A stretch of 64,000 nt of DNA from positions 24,884,979 to 24,948,978 of the forward strand of contig NC_057749.1 of the NCBI RefSeq assembly GCF_004010195.1, in the 5' to 3' direction. Numbering within the stretch: position 1 is the first letter of the stretch; each line of letters opens with the position of its first letter. Positions 24,895 to 37,315 of the stretch are shown here, piece by piece. The notes beneath the pieces were generated by a model. That model was given only the letters and a program-made list of their open reading frames with translations, ran no database searches and was not told where the DNA came from. The position numbers were made by a program, and so were the translations under genes. Origin of the DNA: Chiloscyllium plagiosum (taxonomy: Eukaryota).

Positions 24895-25890
24895 CATGTG
24901 GGCTTGAATACAGACCTTTGCTGGTAAGTTTGCTGCAGTACTGAAGGAGTGCTGTACTGTCGACATTTAGTCTTTCAAATGAATCAATCGTTTGACTACT
25001 CTCTTCAGCCAGATATCAAAGATCGCTGGTGGGCTAATTGTGGAATTGGACACAGGGATCGCCCCCAGTGTCCTGGTCAATCTTTGTCCCTCACTCAACA
25101 ATGCAAAACCAAATTAGCTGGTTATTACCTAATTTCTTGCCACAATTTGTACAGAACCTTGCCTTCCATGAAACATCACCAGGCGTTTCACAGGAGCATT
25201 GCAAACAGAGCATGAGGTTATGGCTCATGACCAAAAGCATGGACAAAGAAGTAAGCTTTAAGAATGCCTCACGGGGAGGTGGAAATACAGACGGGGGAGA
25301 GAGAGAAAGAGAGAGAGAGGCAGAGACAGAGACGGAAGGGTGTACAGAGGGTACACCCTTGGGTTCCAGACAATTGAAGTCCAAAGTGTGGTGCTTGAAA
25401 AGCACAGCTGATCAGGCAGCATCCAAGGAGCAAGAGAGTCAACGTTTTGAGTATAAACTGTTTATCAGGAGCTTATGCTGGAAGCGTCGATTCTCCTGCC
25501 CCTCAGATGCTGCCTGACCGGCTGTGCTTTTCCAGCAACACACTTGTCAACTCTGATCTTCAGCATCTGCAGTCCTCACTTTCTCCTTCCAGACAGTTGA
25601 AGGCATGGCCTTCACTCATGGTGAGGCAGTTATAACGGGGAATACACAGGAGGCCAGAGTTAGAGAGCACAGGCATCTCAGAGGGTTGCGGGGAGGTAAG
25701 AGGTGATGAAGATTGGGAGGAGAAATGCCAAAGAAGGATAACAATTTGAAAATCAAGACTCTCCAGCCGGGAGTAGATCAGCAAGCACAGGAACAATGGT
25801 AACTATTCCACTTCCAAAATGATTGGCTGTAAAATCAATTCAGGATGCTCCTGAGGTGGTGAAAGATGCTATGTAAATGCAATTCTCTTA
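24895..25890 (+). mobile_element. Deu-domain SINE interrupted by an L2 3' fragment (~25160-25790, minus) that itself holds a PLE hairpin
   Basis: cagtactgaaggagtgctgtactgtc...cagtgtcctggtcaat; resumes at attggctgtaaaa..gaaagatgctatgtaaatgcaa. Confidence 0.6.
25380..25586. mobile_element. PLE family-A fold-back unit
   Basis: TSD ttccagacaRttgaag at 25364-25379 and 25587-25602. Confidence 0.8.
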
Positions 25891-26755
25891 TCATTTAAAA
25901 ACAGTGATTTGTCTCACCCTCGCTCCAAATTCAGTCACAAGGGAGCCGGCAGTGTTGTCACTGTGTGACCGGAGAGCACTGATGTGATGTTGTGTGCTGT
26001 CCCTTGGAGGCACTGCCCAGTAATCCTGGCTAATTCCTTGGTGCTAATGAGCCGTTGGAAATGACGCATTTACCAGAAGGGTTCGGTCCAATGGGCGCAG
26101 AGAACTGGCACTGTCAGCCAACCAAAATAAATGTTCGGTTACTTACTTTAGGAAAGGGTTTTTTGTCCTGAGCCGTCGCTTGTGTGGACTAACATAAAAG
26201 GGACCACAGCCATTTCAAGAATAACTGTGGCCTTATATGGGTGATTTACAGCTGTGCACAATGCTTTTCATCATTTAGTGTGAATCACGCAGTTGAACAG
26301 CATACAAGGCAATAATGACTTAATTCCTGGCAATTCTTATGTGCTGTGATATTATCTCATTGTATTCAAGGACATTTTCCCAAAAATGGGAGTTGGGTGA
26401 TTAAATCACATCAAACGGTTTATTAATACCTCAGCCCACTGAAGTTATTATTCTGAAAACAGAATTCCACTGCCCAGCCCTCCCCCTCCTGTCAGCAGCT
26501 AACCCAGTTTGACCGGGGGTGGTTCCACAAATACAGTAAAGGCTCATTAACGTTTTAATGACTTTTTTTTCTCTATTCCTTTCAGCTCTGTCTCGCTCCT
26601 TTTGCCTCTCCCCTCCCAAACACCAGCTGCTACTTACACTGCTCCACATCAAAGTGTTAATGATCCCATGGACCATCATTGTACCATCATTACCCCTTCC
26701 ATGAGATGTTCAATAGGGGTCTACTTCAGTCGACTTTAATGAAGAAGAGAACTCA

Positions 26756-26969
26756 TAGATGTAGGTTTGCTCGCTGAGCTGGAAGGTTCATTTTCAGACG
26801 TTTCGTCACCATACTAGGCAACATCTTCAGTGAACCTCTGAATGAAGCTTCGTCCGGATGCCCATTGAAGATGTTACCTAGTATGGTGACGAAACGTCTG
26901 AAAATGAACCTTCCAGCTCAGCGAGCATAACAACATCAACCTGAGCTACAAATCTTCTCAAAACACGCC
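26756..26969. mobile_element. PLE family-C fold-back unit
   Basis: Inverted arms ~26757-26833 and ~26863-26937 plus ~33-nt tail; TSD aagagaacYca at 26745-26755 and 26970-26980. Confidence 0.75.
26797..26830 (-). ncRNA. Minimal hammerhead ribozyme (family C)
   Basis: uuca CUGAAGA U GUUGCC-UAGUAU-GGUGAC GAAA CGUC ugaa; 4-bp stem I. Confidence 0.65.
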
Positions 26970-27210
26970 AAGAGAACCCATGGGCAATTCCAATCCCAAT
27001 GAGATGTTCACCAACTTTCATCAAGGACCAAAGGGGCTGAATGGCCTCCTTTTGTTTTGTAATGATTCTACGAGCAGTATTGAATTCAGGTGATTTGTGC
27101 ACTGACTGGACAATCAGCAAGAGGTTTCAATTGCTTTACTTGGGTATAGTCCTCTGTATGAACGGCCCATCAGCCACTAACACATTCGACAGCACCCCCT
27201 CCCTGGCATT

Positions 27211-27422
27211 AAAGACCCTGGGATCAAAATCAAGTTCTCCCTGGGATCAAAGACATTGGGATTGAAATCAAGTCTTCCCTGGGATCAAAGACCCTGAGAA
27301 TTGAAATCAAGTTCTCCCTGGAATGAAAGGCACTAGGGATTGAAATTTAGCTCTCCCTGGGATCAAAGACATTGGGAATCAAAAATTGGGCCCTCTCTGG
27401 GATCAGAGAAACTTGGGACCAA
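27211..27422. repeat. Degenerate ~39-bp tandem repeat, ~5.5 copies
   Basis: Recurrent aaagac..ggga.tgaaatcaagttctccctgggatc. Confidence 0.8.
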
Positions 27423-28414
27423 AATGTTCCTGCCCCAGAGGCCAGAGCTTCTCATTGCTTTGAGCAGTCAATAATGAGGAAGTGGCAGTGGGTCACTGCC
27501 AACACTGGCCCCCATGGTAAGGGAGATAACCCCCCTCACAAAAAAACAGGCAGTGTCACAAAGAAGGGTTTTGGCTGAATCTCTGTCCCTCAATCTTCAT
27601 CTTTATAAACAGATTGGCAGTGCGTTATCCACTGTTGTTGCATCCACAGCACAGTGGGCTTGTACATGCAGGTCAGGGGCAAGCAACATGAGCTTGTTTC
27701 CTTGCCCAAACAAAGCTAGCTGCCTTTCTCCTAAGTCTTCCTCGTATTCACAACATTGTCAGACACTTTACAATAACTTTTATCCATTTATAAAGAACCT
27801 AATCTCAGCTTAAAGGAGATGAGAGCAGTAGAGATAGAAAGAGGTCTGGAGATTGAATCGCGAAGGTACAGCTGAAGGCTTGTTGGTCAATATTAAAGCT
27901 TAGAAGACCAGGGCTGGAAAAGTGCAGTGAGAGAGAGGGAGGTTACAGAGTCAGATATCCTGGTTGACAGCCAGCATAGATTTTATAGACCGCTGATGAC
28001 CTAACTTCAGGTCCCAGGAAAATTTGTTAACCCATCCATGGGCATTGTTGGCTGTGCTAACCTGTGTGATGACGTCAGACAAATGGGGGGCTAACCTCCT
28101 GACTTGCTCTCGTGAAATCCTCTCTTGGACAGCATTCTTCATCCTTCACTGTCTTCCCTGTCTCCCCTTCCTCACGCCTCTTAAACCTAGCTGCCCACCC
28201 CTCTCACTAAGGCCTGGCAGCCTAACCTTGGCAATACCCTGGACTCACCCAGAGTCATCTTTGTGGGGACTGCCTGCAATGCCAGCAGCAGCCACTGCTC
28301 TTGCCTGGCACTGCTGAGTCTACGACGCTGGGCCAGACCAGGTAAGGGAGGACATTAGAGTGGCGTGCTAGAGTTCTTCTGACTGGAGTGACCCAGGGAG
28401 CTGCATTTGTAACT

Positions 28415-28992
28415 TGGCACGGTGGCTCAGCGGTTATCACTGTTGCCTCACAGAGCCAGGGACCCAGGTTCAATTCGAACATCAGGCGACTGTGTGGAGT
28501 TTGCTTACTCTCCCTGTGTCTGTGTGGGTTCCCTCCGGGTGCTCCAGTTTCCTCCCACAATCCAAAGATGTGCAGACTAGGTGGATTGGCCATACTAAAT
28601 TGCCCATAGTGTCCAGGTATGTGCAGGCTAGGGGGAATGGCATGGGATGGGGGTTGATGGGATGCTCTTGGGACGGTAGGTGCAAACTCAATGGACTGAA
28701 TGGCCACTATCTGCACTTTAGTGAATCTATAATTTGATGAACTTGCCTCTTCTAAACAATCTTTCCTACATGTGGGTGGTGTGTGTATGGAATGAGCTGC
28801 CAGAGGAAGTGGTGGAGGCTGGTACGATTATAACATTTAAAAGGTGTCTGGATGGGTATATGAATAGGAGGAGTTTAGAGGGATGTGGGACATGTGCTGG
28901 CAGGTTGGATTAGAATAATTTAGGATATCTGGTTGGCATGGACAAGTGAGACTGAAGTCTCCTGTTTCCATGCTGTACATCTCTCTGACTCA
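28415..28992 (+). mobile_element. HE1 SINE (28415-28732) and CR1 3' end (28770-28992)
   Basis: HE1 head and V-domain; gaatgagctgccagaggaagtggtggaggctgg. Confidence 0.85.
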
Positions 28993-29729
28993 ATGCTAAA
29001 AGATTGCACTGAGTGTGACTATTTGTTGATGACTGTGTGGTTACTACATCAGGAAAGAACTCAAGATCAAAATGGCAGCATGAACTACTGGCATTGGGCA
29101 AATGGCTGGACCAATGGGAGATGGTATTCAATACCGGAAGAGGACCCACCAACAGCTAACTTGAAAAATGGGAATTAAATCCATTATAGACAGGGTTAGA
29201 GACAACATTCAAAATGAACAATATTCTTGGAATTCTGAGGTGACAGGTTCAAATCCCCCCATGATCTTGCCCCTCCACAGCTGAGGCAGTTCTGCAGTCA
29301 AATAGCCAAATTCCATCAGCATTTTATGGTTAGTTCTGGCTAAACAGGTTATGACCCATCCCATCAACTATCCCTCGCCTCCAAACCTCTCCAAATATTA
29401 TGGGGGTGTAGAATGGGGAAGTCGGATAGGGAATGGGTGGCTCGAATTACCTGTGGCCCCCTTAAGAGGCCAACTAATTTAAAAGGGTAGCCCACACTAT
29501 GTTAGAGAACGCTCCAGTGAAGCAACTTGGCCCATCCATGCACGATACAAATGCAGGGTTGTTGGTGCAGTAAACAGTGTCCCTTGCCATCTAAAAAGAT
29601 GTCAGCCTAAAAAAACATGAACTATTAAAATAAACACTCCAAAGCCAACTAATAAAAAATATATCTTTTAAATCTCCGTGTGGGGTTCCTTCAGAGCCTC
29701 AGGCTTGCTTAGGATTAATCCAAGATCAA

Positions 29730-30260
29730 CAACAACAAAATGCATTTGCGTAGCACCTTCAACATAATGAAGTGGCCCAGGATGAACATTATAGACAAAA
29801 AAAAAGAACAGCCGCGTAAAGAGGTCAGTTAAACAAAAGCCTGGTCAATAAGGTACTGTCTCAAAGGAGGAAAGTGAAGTTGAGAGTCGAAGGATTATAG
29901 AGAGGGATTGCCAGCCATTAGATGCAAAACAACTGAAGACCCAGCCGCTAAAGAATCCAGTGGTTCAAACTGGAGATCCTTCAGAATCGGATGATCCACA
30001 TTTGAACTTGTTGGGCCAAATGGCCTGTTTCCACACTGTAGGGATTCTATGATTCTATGATTTCTCAAAGCATTATGGGGTTTGAGAAGATTTACAGAGC
30101 TTGGGAGGAGCAGACCATGGCCTCCAGGGGAGTGTAGGGAATGGTTGAAACAAGCATGAGAATTTTAAACTCAAGATGTTTCTTAAATCTGGGAGCCATT
30201 GTTGGTCAGTGACCTTTGGATTGATAGATGAACAGAGAAGCAAGACCCAGGCAGACCCTA
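29730..30260 (-). mobile_element. L2-type LINE 3' fragment
   Basis: tgcatttgcgtagcaccttcaac tail; same family as 16535-16760, 25160-25790 and 53915-54050. Confidence 0.55.
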
Positions 30261-30271
30261 ACTTTGTAGAG

Positions 30272-30633
30272 CTGAAAAATGTGTTGCTGGAAAAGCACAG
30301 CAGGTCAGGCAGCATCCAAGGAGCAGGAGAATCGACGTTTCGGGCATCAGCCCTTCTTCAGGAATGATGACCTGGGGGGTGCAGTGAGAGAGGGACTCAC
30401 TGAAATCCTTGTAGAGGGAGGAAGAGAGCTTCTTCAAGGAAGGCATCCTTGCAAGAGGATTCACAGTAGGTTAAAATCAACTAGGAAAAAGTGAGGACTG
30501 CAGATGCTGGAGATCAGAGCTGATCCAAGCAGCAGGAGAATCAATTTCAAGGAAGCTGCCTGACCTGCTGTGCTTTTCCAGCAACACATTTTTCAGCTCT
30601 GATCTCCAGCATCTGCAGTCCTCACTTTCTCCC
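30272..30633. mobile_element. PLE family-A tandem + inverted mini-element
   Basis: TSD aactttgtagag on both sides; contains MPSLKKLSSSLYKDFSESLSHCTPQV segment. Confidence 0.8.
30334..30361 (-). ncRNA. Minimal hammerhead ribozyme core (family A)
   Basis: CUGAAGA A GGGC-UGAU-GCCC GAAA CGUC. Confidence 0.6.
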
Positions 30634-30774
30634 AACTTTGTAGAGGCTTCTTTGGCTAGGCCAGCATTTATTGCCCATGCAAAATTGCCCAGAGGCCGCT
30701 TAAGAGTCAACCGCCACTGTGGGCATGTGTAGACGAGACCAGGCAATGATGTCGCATTTCCTAAACTAGAGGAC

Positions 30775-31690
30775 ATATGAACATAAGAACTAGGAGCAGG
30801 AGTAGGCCAATCTGGCCCTTCGAGCCTGCTCTGCCATTCAATAAGATCATGTGACCTTTCCATGGACTCAACTCCATTACCCCCCTCTCACCATACCTCT
30901 TAATTCCTTTACTGTTCAAAAATCTATCCATCTTTGCCTTTAAAAATCTCCAAAGAGGAAGCCTCAGCTGATTCCCTGGGTAGGGAATTCCACAGATTCA
31001 CAACCCTCTGGGTGAAGAAGTTCCTCCACAACTCATTTGGAAATCTGCTCCCCTTTATTTTGAGGCTATACCCCCTCGTTCTAGTTTGCCCTGCCAATGA
31101 AAACAACCTCCCTGATTCCATCTTGTCTATTCCCTTCATAAATTTATATGTTTCTATAAGATCCCTCCTCATTCTTCAAACTCCAATGAGTTTAATCTCA
31201 GTCTCCTCAGCCTCTCCTCATAAGGCAAACTTCTCAACTCCAGAATCAATCCAGTGAACCTCCTCTGCACGCCCTTCAGTGCCAGTACATCCTTTGTCAA
31301 GTAAGGAGACCAAAACTGCACGCAGTACTCCAGGGGTGGCCTCACCAGCACCCTATACAGCAGCAGCATAACCTTCCTGCTTTTAAACTCTATCCCTCTC
31401 GCAACGAAGGATAATATTCCACTTGCCTTCTTAATTCCCTGTTGCAAACCAACTTGTGATTCATGCACAAGGCCGCCCAGGTCCCTCTGCACAGCAGCAC
31501 GCTGTAACTTTTCCATCATTTAGACAATACTCCATTTTGCTGCTGAACCTACCAATGTGGATGACCTCACATTTACTAACATTGTACTCCATCTGCCAGT
31601 CCCTTGCCCACTCATTTATCTATAACCTATCTATATCCCTCTGCAGACTTTCAGTGTCCTGTGTACACTTTGCTCTACCACTCATCTTGA
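30775..31690 (-). mobile_element. CR1 LINE 3' fragment
   Basis: QRDLG, LVRPPLEYCVQFWSP, RRDLIETYK, FFTQRVVNLWNSLP. Confidence 0.9.
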
Positions 31691-31952
31691 TAGGCAAAAG
31701 TGAGCACTGCAGATGTTGGAAACCAGAGTTTAGATGAGAGTGGTGCTGGAAAAGCACAGCAGGTCAGGGAGCATCCAACGAGCAGGAAAATTGACATTTT
31801 GAGCAAAATCCCTTCATCAGGAATGTCAACTGCGAACTTTGACACCATGCATTTGTGAATATTATTACCAATTGAGCATTAGTGAACCAGATTGGTTTAT
31901 ACATCTGTTGAGATTTGTTGCATGGTCACTATTAGGTTAGTTTTTTTAATCA

Positions 31953-32257
31953 GGCGCGGCACGGTGGCTCAGTGGTTAGCACTGCTACCTCACAGCACCA
32001 GAGACCTGGGTTCAATTCCAGCCTCAGGCGACTGTCTGTGTGGAGTTTGCACATTCTCCCCGTGCCTGCGAGGGTTTCCTCCGGGTGCTCCGGTTTCCTC
32101 CCACAGTCCAAAAATGTGCAGGTGAGGTGAATTGGCCATGCTAAATTGCCCGTAGTGTTAGGTGTAGGGGAATGGGTCTGGTTGGGTTGCTCTTTGGCGG
32201 GTCGGTGTGGACTTGTTGGGCCGAAGGGCCTGTTTCCACACTGTAAAGTAATCTAAC
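31953..32257 (+). mobile_element. HE1 SINE inserted in a minus-strand family-2 SINE
   Basis: Full HE1 head, V-domain and tail. Confidence 0.9.
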
Positions 32258-32854
32258 CAAATCCCTTTATTAAAAATTGAACTAAAATTTCACCATCTGC
32301 CCAGGTAGGATTTGAACTCTTGTTCCCAGAGTGTTAGCCTGGATTCTAGGTAATGTGGGAGACCAGCAAGAGTGTATTGAATTCGTCAAACTGAGAGGTA
32401 AGCAATTCATAACTGCAAATTTCATCTGAGCTTTGGATGAAACGAACAGGCAGTGATGGCACTTATGCGAAGTGGGAAGCTCATTTCATTGGCAAATGTG
32501 GCACCAGGGTTGTAGATAGACTGACCAAGTCACAGATTATTGGCAGGGAGAGGGTTACAATTAGTAGTTAGGTCATGAGGTTTGATGCAGGGACCTAAAA
32601 CAACCCCCCATTTATCATGTTACAACAGTGATGCGCTGTTTCTTCCCTCCCACAGACCTGCTGAGTTCTTCCAGAATTCTATGTGTTTGTTTCAGATTTT
32701 CAGCATCCATGAGATTTTACCATTATCCCATGTTATCAGGTCAGGTTGGGCAGTGAGAAATGACAAAGACTCCAATGTGTTGAATGAAGACAAGCTATAT
32801 TTATTGAAGATGACTGCGAAGCTATGACAACAAGGTGACATTCCCGTCTGCTTT

Positions 32855-33511
32855 TGTGACAATGCTGCTCCTTTCACAAGGTTATACTGTGCTTGGCCTT
32901 TTTTTCCAGAGAGGTCACAAAAGCAGCGATTCCGAAAAGTCAAGATTTGAAGGGTTCTGGGGCCAGTTTGATTATAGCTAACAGATACTGCCTCAGGCAA
33001 AAGTCTTTCAAGTTTAAAAAAAACACTTGTACAATGAAAGGGGAGTGGCCAGTTCTCCCGGCTCAGCTTTTATCTGCTTTAGTTTGGTTTCAGCAGGCAG
33101 CCAGTTTGTAAAAGCTGCTGGTCCAAGAAACAGCTCCATGGAAGAAGGTGTTCTGTGCTGAATCCCTCTGTCATCTCTCTCTCTCTCTCCTGTAAAACCC
33201 TGTGTTTGATTTTACCTTTTGTGCCAAAGGCTGTTTATGGGGATTGTTGCAGGAATTTGCAACAACATCAATAAGTTAGGATAATCTGTTGTGATTTCAG
33301 ATAGGTTAAGTTATTTGGCATTCTTTCTCTTTTGTTTGTGTTTCATTCGGTAATCTTGCAAATAAATTCTGTTTTGTTTAAAACGAAGTGGTTTGACCAG
33401 CTGCATCCTTCCTGGAATATCCACATTACCCCTGCTTTGAACTATGAGCAAGGTTAGGGTCTGGGCTACTTTCTTGAAATGTTTTGAGGGAGTCTGGCCT
33501 GGTCCATAACA
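32855..33511 (+). mobile_element. Solo Gypsy-type LTR
   Basis: TG...CA termini, AATAAA at 33361, 3' end gttttgagggagtctggcctggtccataaca similar to the LTR at 57757; imperfect 4-bp flanks cttt/attt. Confidence 0.65.
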
Positions 33512-33574
33512 ATTTTATGTTTCTGTCTGGTCCCTCAACTCAAGCAGAGCAAAAACAGTTGCTTTAAGAATTAA

Positions 33575-34200
33575 TGTCACCTACATTTACGTTATCGCTT
33601 TCACAACCTCAGGACATCTGAAAGCGTTTTACAGCCAAAGGTTCAAATGTTGCGATAGGGGAAATGCAGGAGCTAACATTACGCAGCAAGCTCCCATAAA
33701 CAGAAATCAAACAGACCATCCATAATAGAGTCTGGTTGAAGGACACATTTTGACCAGGAATAGCTTTCCTCCTCTTCTTCCAATTGAGCCATAGGATTGT
33801 ACATAGAGTCATAGAGATGAACAGCATGGAGACAGACCCTTTGGTCCAACCCGTCCATGCCGACCAGATATCCCAACCCAATCTAGTCCCACCTGCCAGC
33901 ACCCGGCCCATTTCCCTCCAAACCCTTCCTATTCATATACCCATCCGGTTGCCTTTTAAATGTTGCAATTGCACCAGCCTCCACCATTTCTCTGGCAGCT
34001 CATTCTATACATGCACCACACTCTGCGTGAATTCCACCTGATAGAGGAGATGGTGCCTCAGAGTAAACTCTCAAGCGTACAGAGCTGTGAAAGTCAGAGG
34101 CACAATATCAGTCTGGTATTAGTCCTACAGTCGGTGCTCCTGCCTGGAGTCAGACTTGAATCCTCAGGCCTCTGACTCTAAGGTGAGTCCGCTACCAAAG
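33575..34200 (-). mobile_element. Deu-domain SINE interrupted by a CR1 3' end (33802-34028)
   Basis: cgctttcacaacctcaggacat..aaagcgttttacagcc..gcagcaagctcccataaacag. Confidence 0.6.
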
Positions 34201-34237
34201 GAGCTATGTCTAACACCACAGGAAGCTACATCTACTT

Positions 34238-34620
34238 TGACCTTATAGAAGTTTACAAAATTATGAGGGGCATGGATAGTGTAAATAGACAAAGTCTTTT
34301 CCCTGGGGTGGGGGAGTCTAGAACTAGAGGGCCTAGGTTTAGGATGAGAGGGGAAAGATATAAAAGAGACCTGAGGGGCAATTTTTTCACACAGAGGGTG
34401 GTATGTGTATGGAATGAGCTGCCAGAGGATGTGGTGGAGGCTGGTACAATTGCAACATTTAAGAGGCATCTGGATGGATGTATGAATAGGAAGGGTTTGG
34501 AGGGACATGGGCCGGGTGCTGGCAGGTGGGACTAGATTGAGTTGGGATATCTGGTCAACATGGATGGGTTGGACTGAAGGGTCTGTTTCCATGCTGTACA
34601 TCATCCAAGACTCAATGACT
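34238..34620 (+). mobile_element. CR1/HER1 3' end
   Basis: DLIEVYKIMRG..FFTQRVV..WNELPE. Confidence 0.92.
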
Positions 34621-35391
34621 GTATGATAAGGTGCTGGGTACCTATATGATCCAACCATAACATAAGTTAGTTTTAAGACAGAGTGCAGTAACAAAATACA
34701 GTTACGTACTAGAGTCTCAAGAAAGGGTCAGGAATATTTTAAAATAATTGCAATACTACCTGACAAAGATCCTATTCAGCACAGGACAGTATTAGTTGAA
34801 CTAATCGGGGCCTCTGTTACGGGGTAGCAAAGATGTGATAGGATGTTTTTCAGCTGACTAGAGGAAAAGTTATATTTATGTAGAGATCATACTTTGAAAT
34901 ATGGAACAATTGTAATTAATACAATGCTATTTCAGATATGTTCCAGCTCTGTAAAAATATTTGCCTTTTATGGTAATCAAGTTGCTTGAAGTTCAAACAA
35001 ATAGCAGAGCCTTTGGTTAACAACAAAACAAATGTCAAGTGAAGATAGACAACGATAAATCGTTGGAGGATTTATTATGAATATATTGCTTAGGAACTAG
35101 AATGAACTAAAGACGGCTCCAAGTCGGGTCAATACGTAAAATGGTATCAGCTTTCAGACAGAAACAAGGCGGGTACTAAAATTAAAGACTTCTTTCCCTC
35201 AAATAAAGTTGTGGTGCAGATTTCGTCATTCAGGACGTACCCTGTTTGTAATTTTACACAGCAGCACTCCAACAATGGTGCTCAGGCCGACGGATACATG
35301 TAAATGTTTAAGTTGCCTGCAGTTAACAAGCTCACAGACTAATCAGTTATAAGGAGGTGCAACATTGCAGTAACTGAAAGCAAATGTAAAA

Positions 35392-36345
35392 ACTTTCAAA
35401 GTGACAGGTCAGCTCAATCGCACACAATCAGCATCTAGACTCTGAGAGGGCCCCCTCGCTGTGCACTGACTGATCTTGTGTTATTGTCAGAGCATCTCTG
35501 CGTTATTTATATCATCTTCTGATCTGACCGCTGTGGTCATTTGAACAAAACAGGCAGCAAAGTGGCACTGTGCTCTTTGGAGAAGATCAACCCTCCATCT
35601 CACTCCATGGCAGTGCATTCCAGGCCCACGGAGTGAAAAATGTTTCTCCCCATGTCAACCTTTGCCAATCACCTTAAAGCCGGTCTGCCAGCGTGAAGAT
35701 TTTCTCCTGATTCCCTCTGTTCAGTGCCTTTCATGGTTTTGAACATTGTTATTGGTTTTTCTTCTGGATTAGAGGTGCTGGAAAAGCACAGCAGTTCAGG
35801 CAGCATCCGAGGAGCAGGAGAATCGACGTTTCGGGCAAAAACCCTTCATCAGGAATACAGCTGTGCTTTTCCAGCACCACTCTAATCCAGAATCTGGTTT
35901 CCAGCATCTGCAGTCATTGTTTTTACCTCTTTGATTTGAACCCTACTGCGAATCCTCTTGCAAGGATGCCTGCCTTGAAGAAGTTTTCCTCCTCTCTCTA
36001 CAACTATATTCCTGATGAAGGGCTTTTGCCCAAAATGTCGATTTTCCTGCTCCTCGGATGCTGCCTGAACTGCTGGGCTCTTCCAGCACCACTCTAATCC
36101 AGAATCTGGTTTCCAGCATCTGCAGTCATTATTTTTAACCCCTTGGTTTTTCTTCTCCAAAGAGCACAGTGCCACTTTGCTACCTGTTTTGTTCAAATGA
36201 CCACAGCGGTCAGATCAGAAGATGATATAAATAACGCAGAGATGCTCTGACAATAACACATGATCAGTCAGTGCACAGCGAGGGGACCCTCTTAGAGTCT
36301 AGATGCTGGTAGTGTGCGATTGAGCTGACTCATCACTTTGAATGT
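35392..36345. repeat. 195-bp inverted duplication (arms 35392-35586 and 36151-36345)
   Basis: Arms are reverse complements with only scattered mismatches. Confidence 0.9.
35766..36142. mobile_element. PLE family-A (variant) inverted + tandem mini-element
   Basis: TSD ttggtttttcttct at 35752-35765 and 36143-36156; hammerhead core on minus strand 35825-35852. Confidence 0.85.
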
Positions 36346-36510
36346 CTCCAACTGCATGGTGAGGGGTGCCCTGACCACTGACTCCACAACACTGTGACAA
36401 CAATGTCCACTGCTCCCACCCAGAACCACCAGTGTCACCTGGAGAAGGATAGTCAGAGATGGGCAATAAATAATTTGATTGATGCCATCAGCTGGCCTTG
36501 ACAAAGCAGC

Positions 36511-36726
36511 GCTGAAAATGTGTTGCTGGAAAAGCGCAGCAGGTCAGGCAGCATCCAGGGAACAGGAGAATCGACGTTTCGGGCATAAGCCCTTCGATTC
36601 CTGAAGAAGGGCTTATGCCCGAAACGTCGATTCTCCTGTTCCCTGGATGCTGCCTGACCTGCTGCGCTTTTCCAGCAACACATTTTCAGCTCTGATCTCC
36701 AGCATCTGCAGACCTCACTTTCTCCT
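36511..36726. mobile_element. PLE family-A fold-back unit, near-perfect arms
   Basis: TSD ccttgacaaagcagc at 36496-36510 and 36727-36741. Confidence 0.9.
36601..36628 (+). ncRNA. Minimal hammerhead ribozyme core (family A)
   Basis: CUGAAGA A GGGC-UUAU-GCCC GAAA CGUC, predicted cleavage after 36628. Confidence 0.65.
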
Positions 36727-36979
36727 CCTTGACAAAGCAGCCCCAGCTCAAGGGAGAATGGATGAGAAAAGGGTGCAGGTGGGTGAATTGCAGATGCAAA
36801 GCGCAAACACTATTTTCCTTTGGGATTGAAACATTCCCTAAACCCCATTCTGGAAGATTTCCGGACAATCCTGAGAGTGTTGGTCGCCTCCCGTTGAGCG
36901 TCTGTGAAAGTTGGCAGCACTGCCAGCCCTCCAACTGCGCCAGCTTTCATTCAAAGTGGAAAGGCAAGAGGAAGAACAG

Positions 36980-37315
36980 GCATTTCCACAGCATGTTCAC
37001 AACCACAGGATCTCCCGGGAGAGCTCGTTGCAGCCAATGAGGAGCTTTTGAGGTGTAGCCGCTGTTGGAATGTAGGAAACACCTCAGTTAGGTTCAGTAT
37101 GAGTATCAGTTGGAGGAATTTACTGGGGGGAGGGGAGGGCAAGAGGAGAGTCCTGCTCTTTGAAATACTGCAATGAGATTGTTTATCTCTGCTTGAGATG
37201 AAACACAGACCCTTGGTTTAAGTCTCCATTGGCAAACCAGACTTCAGCTTTTACACTCGAGTCCCTGGAAGGTTGGAGGACTGAGACAGAGGCAAGAGTT
37301 CTGCTCATGGAGTCA
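36980..37315 (-). mobile_element. Degenerate Deu-domain SINE
   Basis: cagccaatgagg..aatgtaggaaac..ctgctctttgaaata..ccttggtttaa. Confidence 0.5.

Noticed and set aside
36511..36726. Fold-back units as DNA-transposon MITEs or pre-miRNAs
   Set aside because: Arms are asymmetric, TSD length varies, and the same sequence is the terminal repeat of PLE ORF-bearing copies
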